Source: a virus. Taken from it: a stretch of 64,000 bases of DNA. Position numbers and translations under genes: made by a program. Where the stretch lies: IMG/VR virus record IMGVR_UViG_3300039066_000010; one strand, 5' to 3'. Under the pieces are notes generated by a model, which had not been told where the DNA came from, ran no database searches, and saw only the letters and a list, made by a program, of their open reading frames with translations. Shown piece after piece: positions 8,889 to 18,718 of the stretch; position 1 is the stretch's first letter, and every line of letters starts with the position of its first letter.

Positions 8889-9769
8889 TATTCTATCCCA
8901 CCTGTACCAAGGTCGAAGGTAAAACCTCCATATTCAAAACTGTACTTAAACGATTCCTTTAACGTGTCTACCTTAATTCCTTTAAGATAAGACAATAACT
9001 CATTGAACTCAGATGTTTTAAAATCGATGTAATCCGGAATACATTCTGCAAAGTTAAAAACCTTTCTGTGTGTCCTCCTTCTTTTAACGACTGCTTCTTT
9101 CTGACTAGTGTGATGACAATAAAGTCTTAACATTAATGATTCCCCAATCTTACTATCTGAAAAATTTAAACAATTCAATCCGTATTGTTGTAACAATCCT
9201 TTTCTAAGTTCTAATTTCTCTTCAGTTAATTTATAAAAATCAAAAGTAGCGTTAACATCATTCTCGTTGTAATCTAGAATCTCACCAACTTGTTCGATGT
9301 TTGTAATTTCCTCATCATGTTTGTACGGCATATCTTGAACGTTAGGGAAGTTCATCGCTATCTCTAGCTTTTTTAAACTTGTCATCCTAGCTCTATTGTC
9401 AAAATGCCAGATTTTAAATAAATCTAATTGTGGGATAATTACTTCGTCCTCTCTAATTGCTGAAAACTCTTCTTTTATTGTTTCTTGTGCGACTTCGTAA
9501 ATGAAGCTCACAATTTCTTGGGTTGTTTGAGATAATAAAATAGCTCTGTTTACAATCATCCTGTGTAAAACAGGATAGTCAAAATTAATGTTGTTAAAAC
9601 CAATTTGACCTTTGCATAACTCTAGGTGGTCTAATAATTCAGGGAGCTGATTAACATCTCCCCAAATTACGAACTTGACAACCTCTAATGTATCTCTGTT
9701 TTTAGCAGTATATGTAAAACAATTTTTCAATGTCTCAATATCATACACCCAAACTTGTTTGTTCTCCAT
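8888..9769 (-). CDS. Family B DNA polymerase, exon 1 (N-terminal 3'-5' exonuclease domain plus YxGG)
   Basis: VYDIETL (Exo I), FNNINFDYPVL (Exo II), YNENDVNATFDFY (Exo III), FEYGGFTF (YxGG). Confidence 0.65.
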   Translation of the reverse strand: MENKQVWVYDIETLKNCFTYTAKNRDTLEVVKFVIWGDVNQLPELLDHLELCKGQIGFNNINFDYPVLHRMIVNRAILLSQTTQEIVSFIYEVAQETIKEEFSAIREDEVIIPQLDLFKIWHFDNRARMTSLKKLEIAMNFPNVQDMPYKHDEEITNIEQVGEILDYNENDVNATFDFYKLTEEKLELRKGLLQQYGLNCLNFSDSKIGESLMLRLYCHHTSQKEAVVKRRRTHRKVFNFAECIPDYIDFKTSEFNELLSYLKGIKVDTLKESFKYSFEYGGFTFDLGTGGIE

Positions 9770-9788
9770 TAATTCTGACTTGTTTTAA

Positions 9789-11351
9789 TTAATAACTTGC
9801 TATAACACAATCAGTAGTTAATATTGTTCCGGCTACAGATGAAGCACTCTCTAAAGCAACTCTTGTTACTTTCTTAGGGTCAATAATACCCTTTTCATAC
9901 ATGTTAACCAAACTCCTAGATACCACATCATATCCAATATCCATATTATCATTGTTCTCTACTAAATAAAGTGCTACTTCACCATTCTCTCCACCATTCT
10001 CTACAATTGTAATAAGTGGTGAATTTAAAGCTTTCCTAACGATTTGTATCCCTAATCTTTCATCGAAGTTATCACTATCATCAGTGATGGCTACAGCAGC
10101 TCTGATTAAAGCAGCTCCACCCCCAATAACAACACCTTCTGAAACAGCTGCTTTAACTGCAGCAACAGCGTCATCAACCCTGTCTTTCTTCTCTTTCATT
10201 TCGATGTCTGTAAAAGCCCCAACTTTAATAACAGCAATACCACCGGTTAATCGAGCAATACGTTCTTTAGCGTATTTGTCCTTCTTACTAAGTTCCTCTA
10301 AACCAGTGATATATGTTTTCAAATCTTCCTCGTCAACATCACCTTCGATAATCATTGTCTGAAGTGAATCTGAAACTACTTTCTCAGCATACCCTAAATC
10401 TTGAATCAATACTGTTTCTAATGACCCTCCAGCCTTAGCTGAAATTACATTTGCTCCAGTTGCAACAGCGATGTCACTAAGTGTCTCTCTGTTTAATTCC
10501 CCGAAGTTAGGAGTTTTGATAGCATTTACTTTTAAAAACCCCCTGACTTTATTAGCGGCTAAAGTATGTAGAACTTCAGGCTCGTAATCATTAGCGATGA
10601 TTAAAATAGCTCTACCTTGTTGACCAATTTCTGTCAATATAGGTGAAAGCTCTCTAAATGAAACAATTTTATCATCGTATAATAAGATGTAAGGTTTCTC
10701 TAATATCGCCTCTTTAGTTGACTCAGACGTGATGAAGTGATGTAAAGCGTAACCTCTTTCGATTTTAACACCTTCTACAATCTCTGAATAAGTCTCTTGA
10801 GTTTCTGATGTCTCAACTGTAACCATTCCTTTTTCCCCAACTGTAGAGAAAGCTGTAGAAACTAATTCTCCTATCACTTCATCACCATTGGCTGAAATTG
10901 TTGCCACTTGTTTTAACAATCCACTCTTAATACTCACTTCTTTAGACATAATGTCCAATTGCTCTACGACCTGTGCTACGGCTTTATCAATCCCACGTTT
11001 TAAATCGATAGGATTTGCTCCAGCAGTAACATACTTATGTCCTTCACTAACCATGGCTTGAGCTAAAACTGTAGCGGTTGTTGTTCCATCACCAGCATCT
11101 TTAGCAGCTTTAATTGAGGCTTCCCTCACCATATCAACTCCTAATTGCTCAATGATATCGACAGTGTCAACGTTTTCAGCAACTGTAACCCCATCCTTAG
11201 TGGCATGAGCTTTCCCATCTTTACCTCGAATCACTACGAATCGTCCTTTAGCACCTAAAGTGGTTTTAACAGCGTTACATAAAAAATCTACCCCGTTCTT
11301 TAAGGACTCTCTGGCTTTATCTTTAAAAGCTATTTCTTTTTGACTACTCAT
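9789..11351 (-). CDS. groEL: GroEL-like chaperonin (Cpn60) without C-terminal GGM tail
   Basis: AKDAGDGTTTATVLAQAMV and overall GroEL-length 520 aa with equatorial/apical motif pattern. Confidence 0.9.
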   Translation of the reverse strand: MSSQKEIAFKDKARESLKNGVDFLCNAVKTTLGAKGRFVVIRGKDGKAHATKDGVTVAENVDTVDIIEQLGVDMVREASIKAAKDAGDGTTTATVLAQAMVSEGHKYVTAGANPIDLKRGIDKAVAQVVEQLDIMSKEVSIKSGLLKQVATISANGDEVIGELVSTAFSTVGEKGMVTVETSETQETYSEIVEGVKIERGYALHHFITSESTKEAILEKPYILLYDDKIVSFRELSPILTEIGQQGRAILIIANDYEPEVLHTLAANKVRGFLKVNAIKTPNFGELNRETLSDIAVATGANVISAKAGGSLETVLIQDLGYAEKVVSDSLQTMIIEGDVDEEDLKTYITGLEELSKKDKYAKERIARLTGGIAVIKVGAFTDIEMKEKKDRVDDAVAAVKAAVSEGVVIGGGAALIRAAVAITDDSDNFDERLGIQIVRKALNSPLITIVENGGENGEVALYLVENNDNMDIGYDVVSRSLVNMYEKGIIDPKKVTRVALESASSVAGTILTTDCVIASY

Positions 11352-11642
11352 TTACTTTAATTCTTTAAATTCGATTATTCCTTCTTTTTCAAGTTGTTTT
11401 ATAACTTTACCTGTTGTAATAGACATGTTCCCAGCTTCTTTGCATATCTCGTAATTTGCAGTAAGATGATTACTTAAAGCACATGAAGCATGTCTACGTT
11501 GTGACCAAATTCTTTTACCTGAATCCATGATTAATTGTCTTCCGTGATAAAGAATGATTACACCTTTACTTCCTTCGACAGTTTTCATTTTATCAAGTCT
11601 GATTGTAACAATCTCTTTAATTTTATCAGTTATAACACTCAT
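11352..11642 (-). CDS. Putative GroES-like co-chaperonin (weak)
   Basis: 96 aa, immediately upstream of groEL in same orientation; KTVEGSKGVIIL loosely resembles GroES mobile loop/beta-hairpin. Confidence 0.3.
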   Translation of the reverse strand: MSVITDKIKEIVTIRLDKMKTVEGSKGVIILYHGRQLIMDSGKRIWSQRRHASCALSNHLTANYEICKEAGNMSITTGKVIKQLEKEGIIEFKELK

Positions 11643-11643
11643 A

Positions 11644-12078
11644 TTATTTAAGATTTACACATTTATCATTCTCACAAGTACATTCAAAACAAGCCGTTAA
11701 AGAATATTGAGGGTCTACTTTCATTTTCTTAATTTCCTCATGTAACATCCCTTGAACATTAAACATCATTCCACAAAGATTATCAATCTGATTCTCGTGT
11801 GTTTCAACACCTCTGTGATTACTCCATACATCGAAGAAATGTCTCCACATTGACTTCATATAAGCCGTAATAGGTATCCCTTTCTGCCAGTTGTCACTAT
11901 CACGAAGTTTACCATCGGCTTGAAGTCTGTTCTTGTGCATGTACTCAGCATAAGCTTTTAACGCTAAAGGTGATAAGAATCCTTCGTAATCTAACTTGTT
12001 ATGGTCTAGATTTCTTGTAGCTCCTGTTTCAAATTGTCTCATTCCGATTTCCATGTCTGGTTCTGTTTCTTTACTCAT
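11644..12078 (-). CDS. Hypothetical protein (Cys-rich C-terminus)
   Basis: ORF, no recognisable motif. Confidence 0.4.
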   Translation of the reverse strand: MSKETEPDMEIGMRQFETGATRNLDHNKLDYEGFLSPLALKAYAEYMHKNRLQADGKLRDSDNWQKGIPITAYMKSMWRHFFDVWSNHRGVETHENQIDNLCGMMFNVQGMLHEEIKKMKVDPQYSLTACFECTCENDKCVNLK

Positions 12079-12427
12079 AGAATTTATCTATTAAAATTTT
12101 ATAAATTTCTTCCCATTCCGGAAGACCTGTTAAACATCTGTCGTCGATGTAAACGTCCGCTGATATCTTACGACAATCGCTACTGTACTGCTTGATAAGA
12201 ACTGGGTCATTTTCATTAAAATAATGAAACCTGATTTTATTCTTAATCAAAAAATTCTTAGCGTTCTCTGCAAATACTCCTGAGCGACAAGTGTTGATGA
12301 TGATTGTAAAACCATCATCGTACAACTTGTTGATATAGTATTTTGCTTCAGCTCTTAATTCCCCTATATTAGGGTAATTTTCTTCAACGATTGTTCCGTC
12401 GAAGTCTAGTGCTATCCTTTTATTCAT
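12071..12427 (-). CDS. HAD-superfamily hydrolase (nucleotidase-like)
   Basis: LDFDGT (DxDGT motif I) near N-terminus. Confidence 0.55.
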   Translation of the reverse strand: MNKRIALDFDGTIVEENYPNIGELRAEAKYYINKLYDDGFTIIINTCRSGVFAENAKNFLIKNKIRFHYFNENDPVLIKQYSSDCRKISADVYIDDRCLTGLPEWEEIYKILIDKFYE

Positions 12428-12471
12428 CTACAGACGTTATAATAAGGAAAACCACTAATATTAACACATAA

Positions 12472-14370
12472 CTAAAATATCCCATCTTGTAATTTTTTAG
12501 GTTGGAATTTAAATAATACGTCATCCGGTTTTTCCGGAGCAACTTTTGTTTTGTTGATTTTCTTGAAGGCTTCATACATTGGGTTGTTGTTTGCTTCATC
12601 CCAATATCCTAAAAACCCGTCTTTAACTCCCCATTTTAAAGGTGTATATTCACCCATTGAGTGTCTAGCTCCACCTGTCTCTTCTTCTTTAACCTTGTGC
12701 ATGATGAACTGTAGAGTTGTTTTAATATCTCTACTTGGATGATTCAAAATACGATGGAAGATAAAAAAGTCATCAACTCGATATGGGAAATCCGCACCAC
12801 CCTGAATTTCATAAGCTGTAGGTGGTTTTAAAAACCCTTTTTCATCTTTGTTTTTTCTAGGTGACTCAGAAGAAGGGTGAGCCATGATGTAAACAGAACA
12901 ATATTTCTCAGCGAATACTCTGAACTCAGATAAAACCCTATTGTTCCATTTGTAATCATTTACTCCTTCCCCAACTTTAAAGAAATTCCAAGGGTCAACA
13001 AGTAAAGCTTTAATACCGTACTCATCAAACAATCTTTTCCCCATATCAATTACATCAAGAAGACTGTAGTGTTGTTTATTTGAAACAATCTTAAAATCAG
13101 TCATTGTTTTCTCTCGATAATGGTTGAACAAATCTTTGTCCATATGTTTGATTTCTTGACCAGTCATACATTCAATAAGTCTTCTCCTACTCATCGCTGT
13201 CTTATTCTCTGGTAAAACCATCCCCCATTTCCAATTATGTTGAACATTAGATGCCCCAGCTAAAGATAAAGTAAGTAATGATTTACCAACCCCATCATAT
13301 CCTAGCCCCATATTGAAACTATTCTCCTTAAACCTGAAGTACTCATCAAGTTCAGACCATCCTGTTGGTAAACCTAATGGAATCCTATCTTCTAAAGAAC
13401 GAAGTAAGAAATCATCTTCTTCGTCTTTAGTCGATATGAAAGATAAGTCATCTAATGATTTTTCAATAGTTTCATTATCTCTAGCACCTTGAGATGTCCT
13501 ACTCCCGCTTTTCACCGTACCGAATCCTTTCTGATTCAGTTCTTTGTAAGCTTTAACATAATCACCATCGTGTTCTAACTCAGCATAAATAGCGTAGTTA
13601 TTATACGGTTGACGTTGTTGGAAGACAGTGGATGTTGTATGAACGTATAGGAAATTACCCTCTAAATTATATCCGGCTGATAAACCCTCTGTTTTATCCG
13701 GTCTTCTTAACTCAATCCATGGGTGAGCTTCCCTGATTATTTTCCATCCATGCTTCTCTAATAATTCAAGAGCTATTTCTGGGTCACTATCATACTTTGG
13801 GAACTTGTTAAACTTGTCGGTGTTTTTTCTCTTCTCGTAGTTTTTATAAACCTCCTCGTCTAAGAAGTAAGCGGCTGACATCAATTTGTTTCGTTCTAAA
13901 GGAGTAATGATTGGGATGTTATCAAAACTACCCTGAATCATTTTATACCCCTCAGATGGATAACATTTGATAAATCCTCCTTCACCTCTGGTTTCAATAA
14001 GAACTTCCCCCTTCTTGTTTTTAGCAATGATTTTGTTGGGTTCGATATGAGGACATCTGTAAATAAAATGATACCCTTTGTTTATCGTTGATTGAACAGT
14101 AAGTTTCTTTAATAGTTCAACCCCAACTTTATCTTTCCATTTTTGTAAGAAAGCTGCAGGTTCATCATGATATTTCAAATCGAAATCGATAGCCTCTAGA
14201 CCTCCAGATACAACTCCGGTACAAATTCCAATAGATGTGTAATCAAAAGTATCAACTTCCTCTCTTGTCCTTGGTTTCTCCCAACCTTTTATCAAGGGTA
14301 TTTTTTCTTTAAGAGGAATTGGGTTTAAACCCATGTCTAAATAACTACTTCCTATTTCTTTGTCTCTCAT
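12472..14370 (-). CDS. Bifunctional primase-polymerase / P-loop helicase (D5/DnaB-like C-terminal NTPase)
   Basis: N-terminal prim-pol-like region (AIDFDL...YHFIY), C-terminal Walker A GLGYDGVGKS and Walker B LLVDPWN. Confidence 0.6.
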   Translation of the reverse strand: MRDKEIGSSYLDMGLNPIPLKEKIPLIKGWEKPRTREEVDTFDYTSIGICTGVVSGGLEAIDFDLKYHDEPAAFLQKWKDKVGVELLKKLTVQSTINKGYHFIYRCPHIEPNKIIAKNKKGEVLIETRGEGGFIKCYPSEGYKMIQGSFDNIPIITPLERNKLMSAAYFLDEEVYKNYEKRKNTDKFNKFPKYDSDPEIALELLEKHGWKIIREAHPWIELRRPDKTEGLSAGYNLEGNFLYVHTTSTVFQQRQPYNNYAIYAELEHDGDYVKAYKELNQKGFGTVKSGSRTSQGARDNETIEKSLDDLSFISTKDEEDDFLLRSLEDRIPLGLPTGWSELDEYFRFKENSFNMGLGYDGVGKSLLTLSLAGASNVQHNWKWGMVLPENKTAMSRRRLIECMTGQEIKHMDKDLFNHYREKTMTDFKIVSNKQHYSLLDVIDMGKRLFDEYGIKALLVDPWNFFKVGEGVNDYKWNNRVLSEFRVFAEKYCSVYIMAHPSSESPRKNKDEKGFLKPPTAYEIQGGADFPYRVDDFFIFHRILNHPSRDIKTTLQFIMHKVKEEETGGARHSMGEYTPLKWGVKDGFLGYWDEANNNPMYEAFKKINKTKVAPEKPDDVLFKFQPKKLQDGIF

Positions 14371-15094
14371 ATGCTTGTCTTAATTCCTCAGTGATAATTA
14401 ATCCTTCTTTAGATTGTGGTAAACCACCTCTCCAGTAATCTGGGTAGATTATTCTCTCCCCGTATTTAATGTGGAAATATTCATATCCTATTGGAGCATC
14501 ATTTTGTTTTTTCAACTTGTTAGAGTCTCTGCACCACACATTCCTCATTTTGCTCTTCCAGTCAATAATTTGTTTCCCTCTACTGTCAACCCAGCTTTTT
14601 TTCCTATATAATTCAGCCTGTCTACTGTAGTATTCTACAACTGCTTCCCCATCCACTACGTGTCCTATGGATATACAATAATCTGATACCTCTTGAGCAG
14701 TTGGTTCTACAAACACCCCTTCTTTAGTTGAAATGTCTATGTCTTGTTCAACCCACTCTTTAACTTTTTCAGGGAGCTTGTTTAAAATATCTTGAGCTTT
14801 CTTAAATGTCAAACTACCAGTGGGATTAGTCTCGTAGTGTTTCACTAATAAAAAATAAACCACAGAATCAAACTTCAAGACTTTTAAAACCTTTTTATTT
14901 ATCAATTCTGTGGTAGATTTACGAAAGTCTTCGATACTCAAACCTGTCTCTAATACAGAGACTTCCGGATTTAGTTGAACAACCCCAACCGTATTAAGTT
15001 GGGGATGTGTCATAAGATAAATGTATAAAAGTCTTGACTCAGATGAAACATCTTTGAAGTTTGCTTTAAAAACTGTATTTGCTTTTATACTCAT
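14345..15094 (-). CDS. Hypothetical replication-module protein
   Basis: Position between SSB and primase-helicase; no motif. Confidence 0.4.
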   Translation of the reverse strand: MSIKANTVFKANFKDVSSESRLLYIYLMTHPQLNTVGVVQLNPEVSVLETGLSIEDFRKSTTELINKKVLKVLKFDSVVYFLLVKHYETNPTGSLTFKKAQDILNKLPEKVKEWVEQDIDISTKEGVFVEPTAQEVSDYCISIGHVVDGEAVVEYYSRQAELYRKKSWVDSRGKQIIDWKSKMRNVWCRDSNKLKKQNDAPIGYEYFHIKYGERIIYPDYWRGGLPQSKEGLIITEELRQAYERQRNRK

Positions 15095-15110
15095 AACTTT
15101 ATCTTTTTAA

Positions 15111-15770
15111 CTAGAACGGAAGGTCATCTTCTTCTTCTTTCTTTTCTTCTGAGGCTGGGGCTTCCGCAGAAGCAGCACCACCTTTAAAATAAGCTTGTAA
15201 TTCTTTGTCTTTTTCAGTTGCTAATTCCTCTTGCTCTGCAGTAATAGGTGTTAACTCAAAAGCCGGTAAGAAGAAGGTGTTACTTCCTTTTTTCTCTTTA
15301 GAACCTTTAACGATTGTTAACATATTCCCGTAGATATCTGGTTTCCCAGCTTCGAAATCCATCCAACCTTTTAAACCACTTCTAGACAACTGTAAGTTAC
15401 CCATTACCATTTCACCATTAATCTCAGTCATTAAGAATAAGTTAGTTGTGAAATCTCCACCTGCGTTTTTAGCCTCTACTTTGAAATTTTCATACAAACC
15501 TTTGAACAATGTTCTCTTGCTTGTTTTAACTGTCAACTCTTCTTTTGTAGACGCTACGAAATTAGAGTAGATAGCAGAAGTATCATTATCATTCCAACCT
15601 GTAATAGAACTTCTTCTGTCTAACAGAATGAAATCTAAACTATCGAAGAATACATCTTCTTTTTTCTCTTTATCGTAATAAGAAACTTTCCCTTCTTTGG
15701 CGTTAAACTTAAAACGATACTGCACTGGTGATGGGCTACCCCCACCTGTTCTTGGATTACTCCTACTCAT
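15111..15770 (-). CDS. ssb: Single-stranded DNA-binding protein (acidic DDLPF C-terminal tail)
   Basis: C-terminus EEKKEEEDDLPF resembles SSB DDDIPF tail; replication-gene context. Confidence 0.5.
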   Translation of the reverse strand: MSRSNPRTGGGSPSPVQYRFKFNAKEGKVSYYDKEKKEDVFFDSLDFILLDRRSSITGWNDNDTSAIYSNFVASTKEELTVKTSKRTLFKGLYENFKVEAKNAGGDFTTNLFLMTEINGEMVMGNLQLSRSGLKGWMDFEAGKPDIYGNMLTIVKGSKEKKGSNTFFLPAFELTPITAEQEELATEKDKELQAYFKGGAASAEAPASEEKKEEEDDLPF

Positions 15771-15772
15771 AA

Positions 15773-16318
15773 TTACTTAATTAAATATTTAACATTGTTT
15801 ACAATCACCCAGTTTAATGTTCTTGGGTCAACTAATCGACTTCTACCGTCAAACTCTGCTTTTGTTCCTTTTTCTTGCTCCATGTCAACAAAGTGAATTC
15901 TACCAAAGTCATCAGTTCCACCGTGGTGTCTACCAATCATTACTCTTTCTTCACCGTTTAATCCTTTCTTAACAGCGGCTTTCATAGCTTTCTCAGCCTC
16001 TTTTGGAGCTGTTCCTTCATATGCTGTCATGATTTCCTTAACCACGTCTGCCTCTTTAACTTGCTTGTTAAAACAAACAGTCATCGCAACTCTAGGATGA
16101 GATAAGAAAACTTCAGCCATCTCTGTCTTAGTTATTTTCTTTTCCTCTTTGAAATCATGTGCCGACATTAAGAACGACTCTACATACTTAGAATCTACTA
16201 CAACCGGTTCACCAGATTCTGTGGCTAATTGAACTCTATCCCCAGAAATCTTTTGTACTTTGTAGTATTGAGATTCAGAAAGAATACTACCTTCTTTCAA
16301 TTTTTTAAAATCGCTCAT
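15773..16318 (-). CDS. Hypothetical protein
   Basis: ORF only. Confidence 0.4.
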   Translation of the reverse strand: MSDFKKLKEGSILSESQYYKVQKISGDRVQLATESGEPVVVDSKYVESFLMSAHDFKEEKKITKTEMAEVFLSHPRVAMTVCFNKQVKEADVVKEIMTAYEGTAPKEAEKAMKAAVKKGLNGEERVMIGRHHGGTDDFGRIHFVDMEQEKGTKAEFDGRSRLVDPRTLNWVIVNNVKYLIK

Positions 16319-16319
16319 A

Positions 16320-17156
16320 TTATAATAATTTAGTCATTGATTTGTAAGCACCAATTAATTCACTATCACCAGAAGCTTCAGCACTACGCATTGATGTTGT
16401 GAAAGCATCCACGTTTGTTCTAGCGTAAGTCAATCCTTCAACAATAGTTGAGATGTTTTGAGATTTCTTGTAATGCATGCAAACACCGTCTGTTAATTCA
16501 GATACTTTTTTGTAGAATGTTCTACCTGTTATATTCAAAGTATCAATTTGAATTTGATTAGATGCAGCATTTCTTACTTCGTCTTCCCAATTAACAGTGT
16601 GATTTACACCATCGTATCTGTAACTATCCCCATGTGGGTCAGCATCCCCAATTAAGAATAAAGATTTTTTAACCCCTTCTCTCCATTGTGTCTCTCTAAC
16701 AACTTTTTTGATAACTAATTCGTAGAATTCATCACCATCTCCACCACTTGTATTCTGAGCGTTTCTGATAAAGTTTTGAATAGCTACTTCATCATTAGTT
16801 GGAGGTAATACTTGATAAGCTTTTCCGAATTTACCTCCTACGACACTCTGCATATCACAATAATCCCCAAACGCTACAACCCCAATCCTTAAATTAGGAG
16901 AGTTTTTGAATAAAGAAGATGTCATCTCTGACACTTTTCTTTTAACATCGCTGATATAACTACTCATACTACCAGTAGTATCGAAAGCTATAACCATGTC
17001 TAACCCATTTTCAGATGGGAGTACAACTTTAGATGCAATATGTTCTCTGTACTCATCTGCTGTTGAAAACCCAGCGTTATTAGCTATCGTTTCTTTTCTT
17101 TTCTTAGTCGCCTTATCAAAGACCTCTAATAATTCATTAGGTGTTTTTAACGCCAT
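16320..17156 (-). CDS. von Willebrand factor A (vWA) domain protein
   Basis: MIDAS motif DMVIAFDTTGSM (DxTxS) plus downstream GDAD. Confidence 0.6.
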   Translation of the reverse strand: MALKTPNELLEVFDKATKKRKETIANNAGFSTADEYREHIASKVVLPSENGLDMVIAFDTTGSMSSYISDVKRKVSEMTSSLFKNSPNLRIGVVAFGDYCDMQSVVGGKFGKAYQVLPPTNDEVAIQNFIRNAQNTSGGDGDEFYELVIKKVVRETQWREGVKKSLFLIGDADPHGDSYRYDGVNHTVNWEDEVRNAASNQIQIDTLNITGRTFYKKVSELTDGVCMHYKKSQNISTIVEGLTYARTNVDAFTTSMRSAEASGDSELIGAYKSMTKLL

Positions 17157-17406
17157 TTTGTATTTGTTTTAATTGTTGTGGTGTATATTGTACATTACTG
17201 TAAATATTAATTCCGGCATAAGTGGTCGGAACAAAAACTTTTACGTTACCCTCAAATTTCACGCTTGTATTGTATGCTTCTTTTGTAGTGAACACCCAGC
17301 CCTCTGTCAATAGTTTAAAACGTGTTGTGAAATCTGATATAGCAACTCTTAAAACTTTTTGTGATGGGATTAGACCCATGTATAACCACTTCTCTTTATT
17401 CTTCAT
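17137..17406 (-). CDS. Hypothetical protein
   Basis: ORF only. Confidence 0.35.
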   Translation of the reverse strand: MKNKEKWLYMGLIPSQKVLRVAISDFTTRFKLLTEGWVFTTKEAYNTSVKFEGNVKVFVPTTYAGINIYSNVQYTPQQLKQIQNGVKNT

Positions 17407-17827
17407 GGTATTTGTTTTTTAATTGAGTTAATCTTGTTTTGTAGAAAAATAAAAGGTCGATGTAATCATTCATATTCTTGTTACAAATTTTTACTTTTTT
17501 GACATCTTTATTTTTAGTGTGCTCTCTTTTTAATCGTGAGAGTTTTTCAATCTTCCTAGTGTATGTTTCAACTCTTAATTTATCTCGATTAAGCATGATG
17601 ATATCGCAACCTTTAATAAAACCAAGTGATTCAAGTAATGCTAAATCTTCCTTTTTAACAGGAGAATAAAATTCACTGCCTCTTACATCTTGAATTGTAT
17701 AGGTGTCATCTAACTTTTTGAAAAGTCTAAATCCTTTGTATATTAAGGATGTCCCATCACTATAAGAGAGTTTGACTACGGCATCATAGCCAAACCCTTC
17801 TTTAAACCATTTGTCTAACATTATCAT
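17396..17827 (-). CDS. Hypothetical protein
   Basis: ORF only. Confidence 0.4.
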   Translation of the reverse strand: MIMLDKWFKEGFGYDAVVKLSYSDGTSLIYKGFRLFKKLDDTYTIQDVRGSEFYSPVKKEDLALLESLGFIKGCDIIMLNRDKLRVETYTRKIEKLSRLKREHTKNKDVKKVKICNKNMNDYIDLLFFYKTRLTQLKNKYHEE

Positions 17828-17879
17828 CTATAATTTGTTGATAACAAAGTTATTAATTATAATGCAGAAAAGCAAGTTA

Positions 17880-18692
17880 TTATTTAATATTTTTTAATAA
17901 ATTTGGTGAATTAACCCCGAACATATTATTTTGACCATAAGGTGATTTACCATGACGTCTAAAACCATCCCACATTATTGCTTCATTCTCTAAACGTTTC
18001 AATTCTAACATCTTAGGTTGAGACATAATGTCTTTTGTTTTAGCATCATATAAAGCAGCTTCGTATTTACCTTTCGACTCAGCAATTAATGCTGAAGCTA
18101 ACGCTACTTTTTCAGCCTCTTTCTTACTAGCTAACATATTACTAGATTCTTGAACTGCGATTGCTGTTGCTTTGTTTGAAATACCTACTGGAATATCAAC
18201 ATCTGTAATCGAAACTCTAACACATTCTACGTAAATTGAACCTAAATCCTTATCTAAAATAGTTTTGATTTTAGATTCTGCTGCAGCTCTGTCTGTTTTA
18301 TTTAATCCTTGTGCTGAGTATTGAGGTATAACTTCTTTTAACGCCCCTAGAAATAATGGTTTTAATTTAACTGTTTGATAATCTTGACCGACTTCTTTAT
18401 GTAAACGAGTTAAACTCTTTTTAACAGGTCGGAAATAAAGAGTTACTTCAACCGGCACAGGCATGTCTTTGATATCGTTGTACTCTTTTTTCAAAGTGAT
18501 GGTTTGTTCTCTCACTGAGTATTCAACTACATCGTCTACAATGTAATTCAACCCGTAGTTAACCCCTTCGTCTAGAACTTCAGTTCCGGTTTTACCTCCC
18601 CAAGATACTGGGACTCCGGCACTACCTGAATCAACGGTTGTACATGATAACATCATAATTGCGGCTAACGCCATGTAAATAAACTTCTTCAT
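17880..18692 (-). CDS. Lipoprotein with SPFH/band-7-like domain
   Basis: Signal peptide with lipobox-like LSC; SPFH-like beta/alpha region and Ala/Lys-rich coiled-coil tail. Confidence 0.45.
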   Translation of the reverse strand: MKKFIYMALAAIMMLSCTTVDSGSAGVPVSWGGKTGTEVLDEGVNYGLNYIVDDVVEYSVREQTITLKKEYNDIKDMPVPVEVTLYFRPVKKSLTRLHKEVGQDYQTVKLKPLFLGALKEVIPQYSAQGLNKTDRAAAESKIKTILDKDLGSIYVECVRVSITDVDIPVGISNKATAIAVQESSNMLASKKEAEKVALASALIAESKGKYEAALYDAKTKDIMSQPKMLELKRLENEAIMWDGFRRHGKSPYGQNNMFGVNSPNLLKNIK

Positions 18693-18718
18693 TTGATTTA
18701 ATTTAATTGTTTTATTCT

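Noticed and set aside
10084-10362. 92-aa plus-strand ORF inside groEL
   Set aside because: Antisense to a strongly supported GroEL coding region; Ala/Ser-rich low-complexity translation typical of antisense artefacts.
13781-13800. Reverse-orientation copy of the TGATAGTGA core inside the primase-helicase gene
   Set aside because: Only a 9-10-nt match on the opposite strand; within chance expectation and not counted with the seven same-strand 12-mer copies.
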